Source: Candidatus Hermodarchaeota archaeon
GTDB lineage: Archaea > Asgardarchaeota > Thorarchaeia > Thorarchaeales > Thorarchaeaceae
NCBI GenBank assembly: GCA_048885865.1
Contig: JBHLLF010000002.1
Span: 128,001 to 192,000, forward strand
Length of the DNA: 64,000 nucleotides
Direction: 5' to 3'
In this document: positions 1-8,485 of the stretch, one piece after another
Layout: each line of letters starts with the position of its first letter
Numbering within the stretch: position 1 is the first letter of the stretch
Notes under the pieces: generated by a model
Told to the model about the DNA's origin: nothing
The model's input: only the letters and a program-made list of their open reading frames with translations
Databases searched by the model: none
Position numbers and translations under genes: made by a program

Positions 1-988
1 AGACATCAACTCTGTAACTCGGTATTTGAACCTCAAATTGTCCGCCCTTTCGGAGTTTCGTATCGTATCCGGCCCTGCTCAGTGCATCAATGATCTCGTC
101 TTTATCAAGACCTAATCCAGTCAACTGGTTGACCTCATTTATGGATACCATCATGATTTCCGGTGAGAAATTGGGCGTTTCATGCTCGGTGCCGTCAGGA
201 TAGACAACAGTGAGCGATTCAACTCTACCACCTCTCTCTGCCAGTGAAGCGGTCATGATATTCAGTGCCTGATTGATTGTGGGTAGATGTGTGCCAGTCA
301 CCTCTACAAAGAGATTGTTTGTTTCGGTAGTTATTCGGCCTAGGTGATTGCTGTTAATGATTGGAGGGAGGCTCAATACCTTTCCCTCGGAATCGTGGAG
401 CAGAGGCCATTTCTTGAAACCTGAAATGATTGAGCCATAATCAATCCCTTTCTCATGGTCTGAGATGATTGTTGGGCCATCCATCTCAATCTCATAGCCT
501 AGCGGAACGAACCTGATTTTTTCTGGCCTTTCAGGGCTATAGATTAGAGGGAATTCCATCTCATCGAAAACGTAGAGACCTATGCTGGCCTTCTTTCTGT
601 TTCTTCCATGAGTCGATGTGAGTGCCTCTTGAAGATGCATATACTCCTTGATCAATTCGTCGCTGGTTTCAACTCCTTTCACAATTGAGCATACAAGATA
701 TGGTCGTATCTTTGCGAGACCAGGTTTGACAAGTGCCTGAAGCCCCGATTTCTTCACCTTGTAGTCCCGGAGTCCCGAATCAATACGAAGGAATGACCTT
801 ACAGCCCTTGCAATGCCTTCTGTTGAAAGCATGTCCTGTCTGTCAGGATTTATCTCAATCTCTATGATATTGCCATCAATCTTCTCAACTTCTGCTTTGA
901 TTAGAAACAAGGCGTCTTCGAGATTCTTAATTGACATCTTCTTCCCGATTAGCCCAAGGAGGTCATCGATTCTGCTTTCCACTATCAT
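1..988 (-). CDS. pheT: Phenylalanine--tRNA ligase beta subunit (truncated by window edge)
   Basis: Not in ORF track. Manual translation from ATG 988: MIVESRIDDLLGLIGKK...EINPDRQDMLSTEGIAR...LQEALTSTHGRNRKKASIG...VLSLPPIINS, the archaeal PheT B3/B4 motifs. Starts immediately after the pheS stop. Confidence 0.95.
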   Translation of the reverse strand, partial: MIVESRIDDLLGLIGKKMSIKNLEDALFLIKAEVEKIDGNIIEIEINPDRQDMLSTEGIARAVRSFLRIDSGLRDYKVKKSGLQALVKPGLAKIRPYLVCSIVKGVETSDELIKEYMHLQEALTSTHGRNRKKASIGLYVFDEMEFPLIYSPERPEKIRFVPLGYEIEMDGPTIISDHEKGIDYGSIISGFKKWPLLHDSEGKVLSLPPIINSNHLGRITTETNNLFVEVTGTHLPTINQALNIMTASLAERGGRVESLTVVYPDGTEHETPNFSPEIMMVSINEVNQLTGLGLDKDEIIDALSRAGYDTKLRKGGQFEVQIPSYRVDV

Positions 989-2506
989 CTATAGCACCTC
1001 CCGGATGAAGCTGGCCTTTCTTAACCAACCGAGATCCCTGGAGAATAGGTCTCTAATGTCATTGATTCCCATGGCGGCCATATACAGACGTCCAGAGCCT
1101 AAACCCCACGCTAGAACTGTGTCCTTGATTCCAAGAGGATATGTCACCTCGGGTCTGAAGATTCCTGATCCACCAAGCTCAATCCAGCCGAGTTTCTCAT
1201 GCTTGCCAAAGGTTTCCACGCTTGGTTCTGTGAATGGGAACTGGCCTGGCTTGAACTTGAGCTTTTCAACTCCCACAGCATTGCAGATAGATTTCAGATA
1301 TCCTAGGAGATCCCTCAGTGTGAGACCCTTGTCCATGATTATTCCCTCGCACTGATTGAACTCCTGTGCATGCGTTGCACTCAGAGTTTCTGACCTGAAG
1401 TTGCGATCTATTATGAACATCTTCTGAGGGCTCTCTCTATGTTCCCAAAGATATCTCATCGAGACTGGTGTGGTATGAGGGCGAAGACAGAGCCTTGTTG
1501 AAATCTCTTTGCTAAATGGCCAGTCCCATCCCTTCGACCCTGTATCTCCTCCATTCTCATGCACAGCCTTTACGGCACGATAGTATTTGGCGTCCCTGAT
1601 ATCTCCGTGATCATATGGTGATTCAATCCTGAACTGGTCTTGGACTTCACGAGCAACATGATCCTGAGGTACGAACAATGCGTCGTGTGCCCAGAACTCG
1701 GTTTCCACAAAAGGACCATTCCATTCTGTAAATCCTAGTCCAATCATGATCTCTCTCAGCCAATCATTGAACTCAACATATGGATGCTTCTTGCCATAAT
1801 ATGCGTAGGCAGGCTCCAACTCGACATTAAACGGTCTGAACACTTTCCCTTCCCATGTTCGGGCGCTCAGCATTTCTGGTGTCAAATCTATGATGCCGCT
1901 GAATTCTTCGCTAAGCAGCTTCTCTGCTGCTGCTCGTGTTTCTTCAGCAACCTTTGCAAGAAACATCTTTGATGTTTTAGCTGAAATGAGCGATCTTTCT
2001 AAAGCAGTCTTCACGGATGCCTCATACCTTCTTGGGAATCTATGCTCTCCCCTGAGAATCTTCGAAAGCACGCTCTCAATTGGAGTTTCAATACTTTCAG
2101 CATTTGCAGAAAGGACTGTTGTTCCGCTTTCCTTCGATATTGCGAGCCATCCATTCTTTCTTGTCCAGCTCAGAGCAATTCCCTTGGATTCCGGCGATAT
2201 CCCGCTAATAGATATGGCCTCCTCCAACTTGGCTCGTCCGCCAAGCTTCACAACTGCACGAAACAGCCTGACCTCAGGAAGCCCATTCTCTGCATAGTCT
2301 AGCCCCTCCTCCGTGAGGTAGTATGATGCAATCTCTTCCGTATTGAGTTCAATTAGCCCCTTTTGTGAGAGGGAGTTGAAAATTGATACAACCCGCTCTT
2401 CATTTTCGCCAAGTCTTTTGGCGATGATTTTCGATGTTATTCTCTCACTGCTATCGACTAATTGCTCAAGAACTGCTCTTTCTCCTTTTGTCAGCTGCTC
2501 GGTCAT
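989..2506 (-). CDS. pheS: Phenylalanine--tRNA ligase alpha subunit (archaeal/eukaryal long form)
   Basis: DALFVPQDHVAREVQDQF, LRPHTT, FRSETLSATHAQEFNQCEG, FPFTEPS, ELGGSGIFRPE; N-terminal winged-helix extensions. Confidence 0.97.
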   Translation of the reverse strand: MTEQLTKGERAVLEQLVDSSERITSKIIAKRLGENEERVVSIFNSLSQKGLIELNTEEIASYYLTEEGLDYAENGLPEVRLFRAVVKLGGRAKLEEAISISGISPESKGIALSWTRKNGWLAISKESGTTVLSANAESIETPIESVLSKILRGEHRFPRRYEASVKTALERSLISAKTSKMFLAKVAEETRAAAEKLLSEEFSGIIDLTPEMLSARTWEGKVFRPFNVELEPAYAYYGKKHPYVEFNDWLREIMIGLGFTEWNGPFVETEFWAHDALFVPQDHVAREVQDQFRIESPYDHGDIRDAKYYRAVKAVHENGGDTGSKGWDWPFSKEISTRLCLRPHTTPVSMRYLWEHRESPQKMFIIDRNFRSETLSATHAQEFNQCEGIIMDKGLTLRDLLGYLKSICNAVGVEKLKFKPGQFPFTEPSVETFGKHEKLGWIELGGSGIFRPEVTYPLGIKDTVLAWGLGSGRLYMAAMGINDIRDLFSRDLGWLRKASFIREVL

Positions 2507-2807
2507 ATGTCTATCAAAACTCCTGAGCTTGTATTTTGATGCTTGGAATGACCCGCCTTATACAAACTAAGGTCATAGAAAAAGCAATCCATTGCTATAA
2601 TGATGTAAATTGGCGGTACATCCCTTCTTCACCTATCTACTGCAGGCTCAGTTGTGTCTACCTTTTTAACTTGTCGCCATTGCTTGGGAATGTCTGCTAC
2701 GTAATGTTAAAATACGGACATACATGCGATGACCGTGGCGGTTGCCTGACGGCCACTAGTTCTTATAGAAATCCGTCAATTTAGCAGAGAATAAGAGGTG
2801 AAATAGA

Positions 2808-3887
2808 ATGTCTGCCGAGCGTCAAAAGCTCAAGAGGAAGGTCCAACAGCTCAAGGCACTCCAAGGTAGGCATAGCTCTTTCACCACGCTCTACATCCCA
2901 CCGGCAAAAAGCCTAGTTGATGTTACTGGATTTGTAAAAGCGGAGCTGGCTGGGGCTGACAACATCAAGAGTAAAGCGAACAGAAAGAATGTGCAAGACA
3001 ATCTCACAGCAATTCTGAGTGAGCTCAATATGATCACAGCTATGCCTGAGAATGGCATGGCGTTCTTCTTTGGCATTATGGAAGAAGGTGGCACAACCGA
3101 AGAGATCCGGGAGATAGTCATTCCTCCTGCACCAATCTCACAGTTCACCTACATCTGTGGTCGTGAGTTCATAACCGATGAACTTGAAGAAATGACCCTG
3201 CCCAAGAGCTTAGTCGTCATAACTCTGATTGAGGGCGGAAAGGTTACCATTGGATACCTGCGTGGTAAGCACATGGAACTCGTCCGCGATGAGGACTTCT
3301 ACATCATAGGAAAGACTCGTGCAGGCGGTCAGAGTGCTAAGCGATATTTGCGTATCAGAGAGGAAAAGATGTTGGAGTTCTTCCGACATGTGGGTAGAAT
3401 GCTGAAGGACCTCCTGCTTGATAATATTGACAACGTGGATGCGATTGTGCTTGGCGGTAACACAATAAGATGTCAGGAATTCCTGGAGAAAGGTGACCTA
3501 GACTATCGAATTCGAGAGAAGATTGCAGAAACCATTATTCCAGTAAGCGTCATAGATGAAACCGGACTCTATCAAGCAATGAAAGAGGCATCCCGGCTTC
3601 TCAAGGAAACCGAGATTTATGCTGAGCGTCAGATATGGGATGGATTCATGGAAGCTCTCATGAAGGGGGAGAATGATGTTGCATATGGCGAAAAGGAAGT
3701 GCTGGATGCTCTCAGGGCCGGCCGCGTTGAAACAATAATGGTCACTGAAGATAACACTGACCTCATAGATTCTCTATATAATGAGATTGGTGACTACGGC
3801 TCTGAATTGATGGTATTCTCTGCTCAAACAGAATCAGGTGCACAATTGAAATCATTCGGAGGCGTTGCTGCGCGCCTTCGTTGGTAA
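2808..3887 (+). CDS. prf1: Peptide chain release factor aRF1/eRF1 family
   Basis: NIKS (ADNIKSK), YxCxxxF (YICGREF) and GGQ (AGGQSAKRY) motifs; C-terminal FGGVAARLR; SD GAGGTG upstream. Confidence 0.93.
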   Translation: MSAERQKLKRKVQQLKALQGRHSSFTTLYIPPAKSLVDVTGFVKAELAGADNIKSKANRKNVQDNLTAILSELNMITAMPENGMAFFFGIMEEGGTTEEIREIVIPPAPISQFTYICGREFITDELEEMTLPKSLVVITLIEGGKVTIGYLRGKHMELVRDEDFYIIGKTRAGGQSAKRYLRIREEKMLEFFRHVGRMLKDLLLDNIDNVDAIVLGGNTIRCQEFLEKGDLDYRIREKIAETIIPVSVIDETGLYQAMKEASRLLKETEIYAERQIWDGFMEALMKGENDVAYGEKEVLDALRAGRVETIMVTEDNTDLIDSLYNEIGDYGSELMVFSAQTESGAQLKSFGGVAARLRW

Positions 3888-3890
3888 TCA

Positions 3891-4304
3891 TTATTCCTTC
3901 GGAATGCGTGGTATTTCACGAAGCATGTCTATATCCTCAGCCCATGCTACAAGCTCTTTGCCCATATTCTCCAAGTACTGAAGGAGAACGACTTGATATT
4001 TGTGCAGATGATGTTGCTCTAGTTTCTTCTGCTTCTCAACAAAATCTCTTACTCTTCTAGGAAGTCCTGCGCTCCATCGCCTGACAGCCATTTCGGCCTT
4101 CCGATCGCCAAGAACCCTCTTAGCCGTCCTCGACCTCCGTTTCAAAACCAGAATGTGTTCAAGAGTCCTCTGAACTGCAATTATGGCTGCGACAAGTTCC
4201 TTTGCATCGGCCTTAAGGCTCTCATTTCGAGTTGTGTAGTATATCTCTTTGATAAGTCGCTTGGCTTTGATCACGTAGTTCAGCAGTTCTATCATCTCTT
4301 GCAT
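3891..4304 (-). CDS. Hypothetical basic helical protein
   Basis: ORF 3891-4397; start moved to ATG 4304 behind GGAGG. Co-oriented downstream of the Cas4-like genes; no recognisable motif. Confidence 0.6.
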   Translation of the reverse strand: MQEMIELLNYVIKAKRLIKEIYYTTRNESLKADAKELVAAIIAVQRTLEHILVLKRRSRTAKRVLGDRKAEMAVRRWSAGLPRRVRDFVEKQKKLEQHHLHKYQVVLLQYLENMGKELVAWAEDIDMLREIPRIPKE

Positions 4305-4342
4305 GCTTTTAGCCTCCACATCTAGAGAGATTACTCTTTTGC

Positions 4343-5008
4343 CTATGCAGCTGAGCGGTTGCAGATGCCGTTTCTTCCATACGGACAGGCTCTGCACTTC
4401 TCTTTGCTAGGACTGGCCTTCGGTTTTCTCCCCTGATACCAGACCTCATCAAGTTTTGCCAAGGCCTTCAAAACTTGCCTCTGATTGAATCTTCTGCTAT
4501 ATACCATCGCATCTCCACATGACACGCAATCAACCTGATTTTTCCCGATACAATTCTTTGCAGTCCTCTGCGAACAATATACGAGAACCAGCCTTGCACT
4601 GGCACATGAAACTCCAGTTTCCATAAGGGCAAGTGCGTATAGCCCTGCTTGGAAGAGGTCCTCTTCCCTGGGCTTAAGCGGACTATGTTTCATGGGGAAC
4701 TTCCGTTCTATGATGGCATCAAGCACTGGTACCTCTTCCCAATGCAGGACAGCGTTGTCAAACCTACCATTGAACCTGTGTCCCAATGAATAGACTGATT
4801 GTTCACTGAATAGAAAGGACCTTTTGGATTCTGGCTTCCTTCTTAATCTGAGGAACTCTTGAAGTGTCCATCTACTTGTTTCCGCACCTCTTATGCGCCT
4901 TCCACTTGAAAGGAGGATTCCTCCGGAGTTCATATAGATTAAGGCAAAAACGCCTCCAATGAACATGAAAAATAGAATGCCATTTGTGAATGGGTCCATT
5001 TGCATCAT
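4343..5008 (-). CDS. Cas4-like PD-(D/E)xK nuclease core with N-terminal TM helix
   Basis: GRFD...ERK...QAGLY catalytic motifs, C-terminal CRACPYGRNGIC, N-terminal hydrophobic ILFFMFIGGVFALIY. Start ATG 5008 overlaps the upstream TGA (ATGA). Confidence 0.8.
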   Translation of the reverse strand: MMQMDPFTNGILFFMFIGGVFALIYMNSGGILLSSGRRIRGAETSRWTLQEFLRLRRKPESKRSFLFSEQSVYSLGHRFNGRFDNAVLHWEEVPVLDAIIERKFPMKHSPLKPREEDLFQAGLYALALMETGVSCASARLVLVYCSQRTAKNCIGKNQVDCVSCGDAMVYSRRFNQRQVLKALAKLDEVWYQGRKPKASPSKEKCRACPYGRNGICNRSAA

Positions 5009-5259
5009 CCCACCACCCATAGAACAGCTGCTGCTATAGTTCCAATCAAAATCAATGCTCTAATCAAACGACTGAACGATCGGACAGGTTTTGGATTCAA
5101 CCCCACTTCGCGATGAAGTCGTTCGCCATCTCTACTAGCTTCAGAGGGGCTCTCTCGGCGCATCTGTAGTAATAAGAATCTATGTTCGCAGAGATACTGG
5201 ATGCGAAGTTCAGACACATCTCGATATCGTCCCAATGGGCCCCTCTTAGGATCCTTCAT
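5005..5259 (-). CDS. Cas4-like N-terminal fragment with C-terminal TM helix
   Basis: VSELRIQYLCEHR...DGERLH matches the Cas4 N-terminus (S-x7-C and G-x3-H); ends in hydrophobic ALILIGTIAAAVLWVVG. Confidence 0.7.
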   Translation of the reverse strand: MKDPKRGPLGRYRDVSELRIQYLCEHRFLLLQMRRESPSEASRDGERLHREVGLNPKPVRSFSRLIRALILIGTIAAAVLWVVG

Positions 5260-5451
5260 CCTTCATCTGATGATTGGTGTCCCATGAGCCCTCAAAAGGG
5301 GCACCGTTTTCGAATTTGGGTGGATAAGAGAATATACATAGGTCTGAGAAGTGTTTTACCTCAATATCGCAATCATAGGAGCTTTACTTATATTCGTGTG
5401 ACGTAAATCCTAGGATGTTAGACTTCACCAGCGGAGTCTGGGGAAACTCGA

Positions 5452-5883
5452 ATGGGTGATATGATGTCTGAAGACTACGATGGAGCTACGGCTGGCAGAG
5501 TTCTCGTTTTTGATGCCAACGAGACTGTAAGGTTTCCAGCACAATTCAAAGACGCCATGGGAACCAATAACGGGTTGATGGTGCTAGTACACAAGGACCG
5601 ACTCATCAAGATCTTCCCGCTCGAAGACAAAGAGGTAAGCTTTCTGTCGGTCGAGATTAAAAAACTTACAAATGACTTCTTAACACAGCTCTCGCAGGTC
5701 TTCAAATCAGCAGGCCTAGTCGATTTGCTATTTTCAACAGGTGTCTGCCTTCGTGGCACAAGATGTTTCTATGAGTGCTACTTCAATCCCGGACAGCTTA
5801 CGAATACTTTGGATGATCTGAGGAACGAACTTGCTGCACTAGAAGGTGTCAGCTATGTCCACATAGAGAATGTTCATTCATGA
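5452..5883 (+). CDS. Putative regulator, AbrB/MraZ-like N-domain plus ACT-like C-domain
   Basis: VFDANETVRFPAQFKDAMG resembles the AbrB swapped-hairpin pattern; the C-terminal half has an ACT-like beta-alpha-beta-beta-alpha-beta pattern. Confidence 0.45.
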   Translation: MGDMMSEDYDGATAGRVLVFDANETVRFPAQFKDAMGTNNGLMVLVHKDRLIKIFPLEDKEVSFLSVEIKKLTNDFLTQLSQVFKSAGLVDLLFSTGVCLRGTRCFYECYFNPGQLTNTLDDLRNELAALEGVSYVHIENVHS

Positions 5884-5910
5884 TTTGAAATGGTGAGTTG
5901 CTGAGGGGAC

Positions 5911-6537
5911 ATGCAGGACATAGTCATAGACCTGATACTCCAGGGCTATCTAGGTTTGTTCATAGTCTGCTTGGCAATCAATCTGATACCGTTTATTAGC
6001 CCCAGCAATATGGTGCTGGCGGCTGTCGCCTATCTATTCATGTTTCCTGGCGAGCGACCCCTTTCTGAGGCCATCATAATTGCGGTTCAAATTGGGATTG
6101 TAGTTGCCCTCGCTGCAACAATATCAAAAGTCATTCTTTACTATGCAATGAGAGGATCACGTGTTGTTCTATCAAAGAGTATGCTAGCGAAGATCGACCT
6201 AGAGCGGGAAAGAGTAGAGAAGTGGGGGGCTATTGCTTTGCTCCTATCAGCCGGTTCTCCAGTGCCTGACGATCCAATCGTAATCTACTGCGGGCTCACT
6301 CAATATAGCGTTCCAAAATTCTTTGCTAGCTATTACATTGGGAAGGTGGCAGTCACCATTCCAGGGGCACTCATTGCATCAGCGGTGAGTTCGCTTTTCG
6401 GTTCAATGCCAAGTATTCTTGGCTCCATCGCATTGACAGCCATTATTCTTGGAATCATTTTCAAACGCAAGTCTGATGAAGGTCCCATTAATCAAGAAAC
6501 CGACACTCCTGAGGAATGGAAGGAAGAGCAGAATTAG
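5911..6537 (+). CDS. VTT/DedA (SNARE-associated) family membrane protein
   Basis: NLIPFISP, SPVPDD..., YYIGK, multiple TM segments. Confidence 0.75.
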   Translation: MQDIVIDLILQGYLGLFIVCLAINLIPFISPSNMVLAAVAYLFMFPGERPLSEAIIIAVQIGIVVALAATISKVILYYAMRGSRVVLSKSMLAKIDLERERVEKWGAIALLLSAGSPVPDDPIVIYCGLTQYSVPKFFASYYIGKVAVTIPGALIASAVSSLFGSMPSILGSIALTAIILGIIFKRKSDEGPINQETDTPEEWKEEQN

Positions 6538-6595
6538 CAGATGTAGGAACTCTTAAGAGCTTCACAACGATGTAATCCTTCGCTCTGGTGGTAAG

Positions 6596-6991
6596 ATGGC
6601 AGGAAGAAGTACTGCAGAAATCAAGTGTGTGAAATGCAAGAATGTGTACGAGTTCGACGTTATTGATCACATCGACCTCTCGCAAGACCGCGACCTCGTG
6701 AAGAACCTGAAGGCTGGTAAAGCAAACCGTGTTCAATGCCCCAAATGCAAGAAGGTTCAGTATCTTGATCGGAGTCTAGTCATTAATTTTGAGCCAGAGA
6801 ATCTCATTGTCGTTTATGATCCCGCAGCAAAGAGGAAAGCAGTTCGGGAGGAACATGAGCGAGAATATCAGAACGTGATTGGATTCAATGAGATTCTAGA
6901 AGAGGTTGGAGAAGAAACCGAATTCAAGGTCATCTCCAAAATCGATGAGCTAAAGGGACTCGTGGTTGAATACATGAAAGCTTATGAATAG
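6596..6991 (+). CDS. CpXC-domain zinc-ribbon protein
   Basis: CVKC...IDLSQDRDL...CPKC spacing typical of the CpXC family. Confidence 0.7.
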   Translation: MAGRSTAEIKCVKCKNVYEFDVIDHIDLSQDRDLVKNLKAGKANRVQCPKCKKVQYLDRSLVINFEPENLIVVYDPAAKRKAVREEHEREYQNVIGFNEILEEVGEETEFKVISKIDELKGLVVEYMKAYE

Positions 6992-6999
6992 AATAATGA

Positions 7000-8067
7000 C
7001 TAAAGTTTCCTCTTTCCAAGCAGAAACTCCTCAACCCATCTCTCAGCTCTATACATGGTTGTAGGTGTGGGAGGCATCTTGAATCCATAGGCAGAGATCG
7101 ATTTCAGTGCTCCACCAATCTCTCTCTTGAGGGCTAATTTCGCACCGCGGATTGCATCCATTAGGATGGGTCCTGCATTTGGGCCATCAGTGACTTCCAT
7201 TCTGATATCAATCTTAATCGGTGCGCCTCCAAACTGGCGGCCATGTATATAGAAGTACGACTCCCTGCTGTTGTCCATGAATGGAACGAAATCTGAAGAG
7301 CCAGCCACGAGAGGAGCGTCATAAGGTAGGTCTTGACTGATTGCACTGCTCTTTACTCCTCGCTTCCTCATACGACCTCGATAATGCGAATCCAGTGACT
7401 CAGCTCCTCCGCCTACATCCAACTGATAGCTTTTATCTACACGAACTCCGCGAGCCACAAGAAGCTGGAGCAAGTTCCTATGAAGCACAGTTGAGCCAAG
7501 CTGGTCTTGAAGATCGTCTCCAATCAGAGGCAGTCCTTTCTCTTCGAATTTGTTGCTCCATTCTTGGTCAGAGGCTATCGGTATTGGAGCGCCATTAATG
7601 AATGCACATCCAGCTTCAAGACTGGCTCCAGCATAGAACTTTGTTGCTTCCTCGGCAGACCCTGGCAAGAGGTTGATGACGACCTCTGCCCCTGAGTCAC
7701 GAAGAATCTTGACAACATCCGAGTCGGATTCGCTGGAAACCGTGATCAATGCTCGAAGCATATCATCTACTCCATCGTGAACAGGACCTTTCTCTACTTT
7801 CACGCCGGTCCTAGGAACATCCGCAAATCGAATAACATTGTTGGGGTTGGCAAAGATTGCATCTGCTAGGTCTACGCCTACCTTTCCTTCAGCCACATCA
7901 AAAGCCGCCACGAAATTGATGTCTCTTACATGAAAACCAGCAAAATCTGGATGGCTAAGACCTACTAGGTCGTCGTTAGCTTTTGTATCTTTATAGTATT
8001 CCACGCCCTGGATTAGGGCGCTCGCGCAGTTGCCTACACCCACTATTGCTACATTTATCCCATTCAT
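7000..8067 (-). CDS. myo-inositol-1-phosphate synthase-like protein (divergent)
   Basis: VAIVGVGNCASALIQGVEYY, AAFDV, GCAFIN, GDD. Several catalytic motifs are altered (see findings). Start ATG 8067 behind GAGGTG. Confidence 0.8.
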   Translation of the reverse strand: MNGINVAIVGVGNCASALIQGVEYYKDTKANDDLVGLSHPDFAGFHVRDINFVAAFDVAEGKVGVDLADAIFANPNNVIRFADVPRTGVKVEKGPVHDGVDDMLRALITVSSESDSDVVKILRDSGAEVVINLLPGSAEEATKFYAGASLEAGCAFINGAPIPIASDQEWSNKFEEKGLPLIGDDLQDQLGSTVLHRNLLQLLVARGVRVDKSYQLDVGGGAESLDSHYRGRMRKRGVKSSAISQDLPYDAPLVAGSSDFVPFMDNSRESYFYIHGRQFGGAPIKIDIRMEVTDGPNAGPILMDAIRGAKLALKREIGGALKSISAYGFKMPPTPTTMYRAERWVEEFLLGKRKL

Positions 8068-8485
8068 GCTATACACCTCTGACTACACAGTATAGGCTCG
8101 GGACCGCATTCCCATGGTATACTTTTAAAGTTTTATGACCATATAATAGTGCGTTAATGAGACGTATGAGACCTCGGGGTGGTTTCGTCCAGAAGAAATG
8201 CTTATGTTGCTAGGACGCATACTTTCTGGTCGGACGTCTGGCTGAAGCCTGTTGCTCCTCACACATGCAGAAGAGTGTGTGACCGGATTCAACGTCTTTC
8301 CGAATGTCCTCCTGTAGGGAGATTCGGCTCTCACCCAGTGTTCAGAGAACGGCGTTGTATCACGTGGTTTGGAGCACCACTTACTCACGTTCAAATTGAG
8401 AGGGTGGACCTCAAATGCCCAGATGGGCACCAAGTCTTTGGCTCTGGCCAGCGTCCCCCTATTCTTCAGGAATCTATTTCTCAGC

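Noticed and set aside
986-991. pheS-pheT in-frame TAG-ATG junction as readthrough fusion
   Set aside because: Ordinary tight coupling with SD GAGGTG inside pheS; shows that in-frame junctions arise without recoding.
2700-2807. Readthrough uORF autoregulating aRF1 (ATG CGA TGA at 2724, in frame)
   Set aside because: Three further in-frame stops lie before the aRF1 start, which has its own SD.
4343-5259. CRISPR-Cas locus
   Set aside because: No repeat-spacer array and no other cas genes seen in the window.
8170-8250. Hammerhead ribozyme (minus strand GTCC...GGACGAAAC)
   Set aside because: The required CUGANGA core is absent upstream of the stem. No RNase P or SRP signature was found in this gap either.
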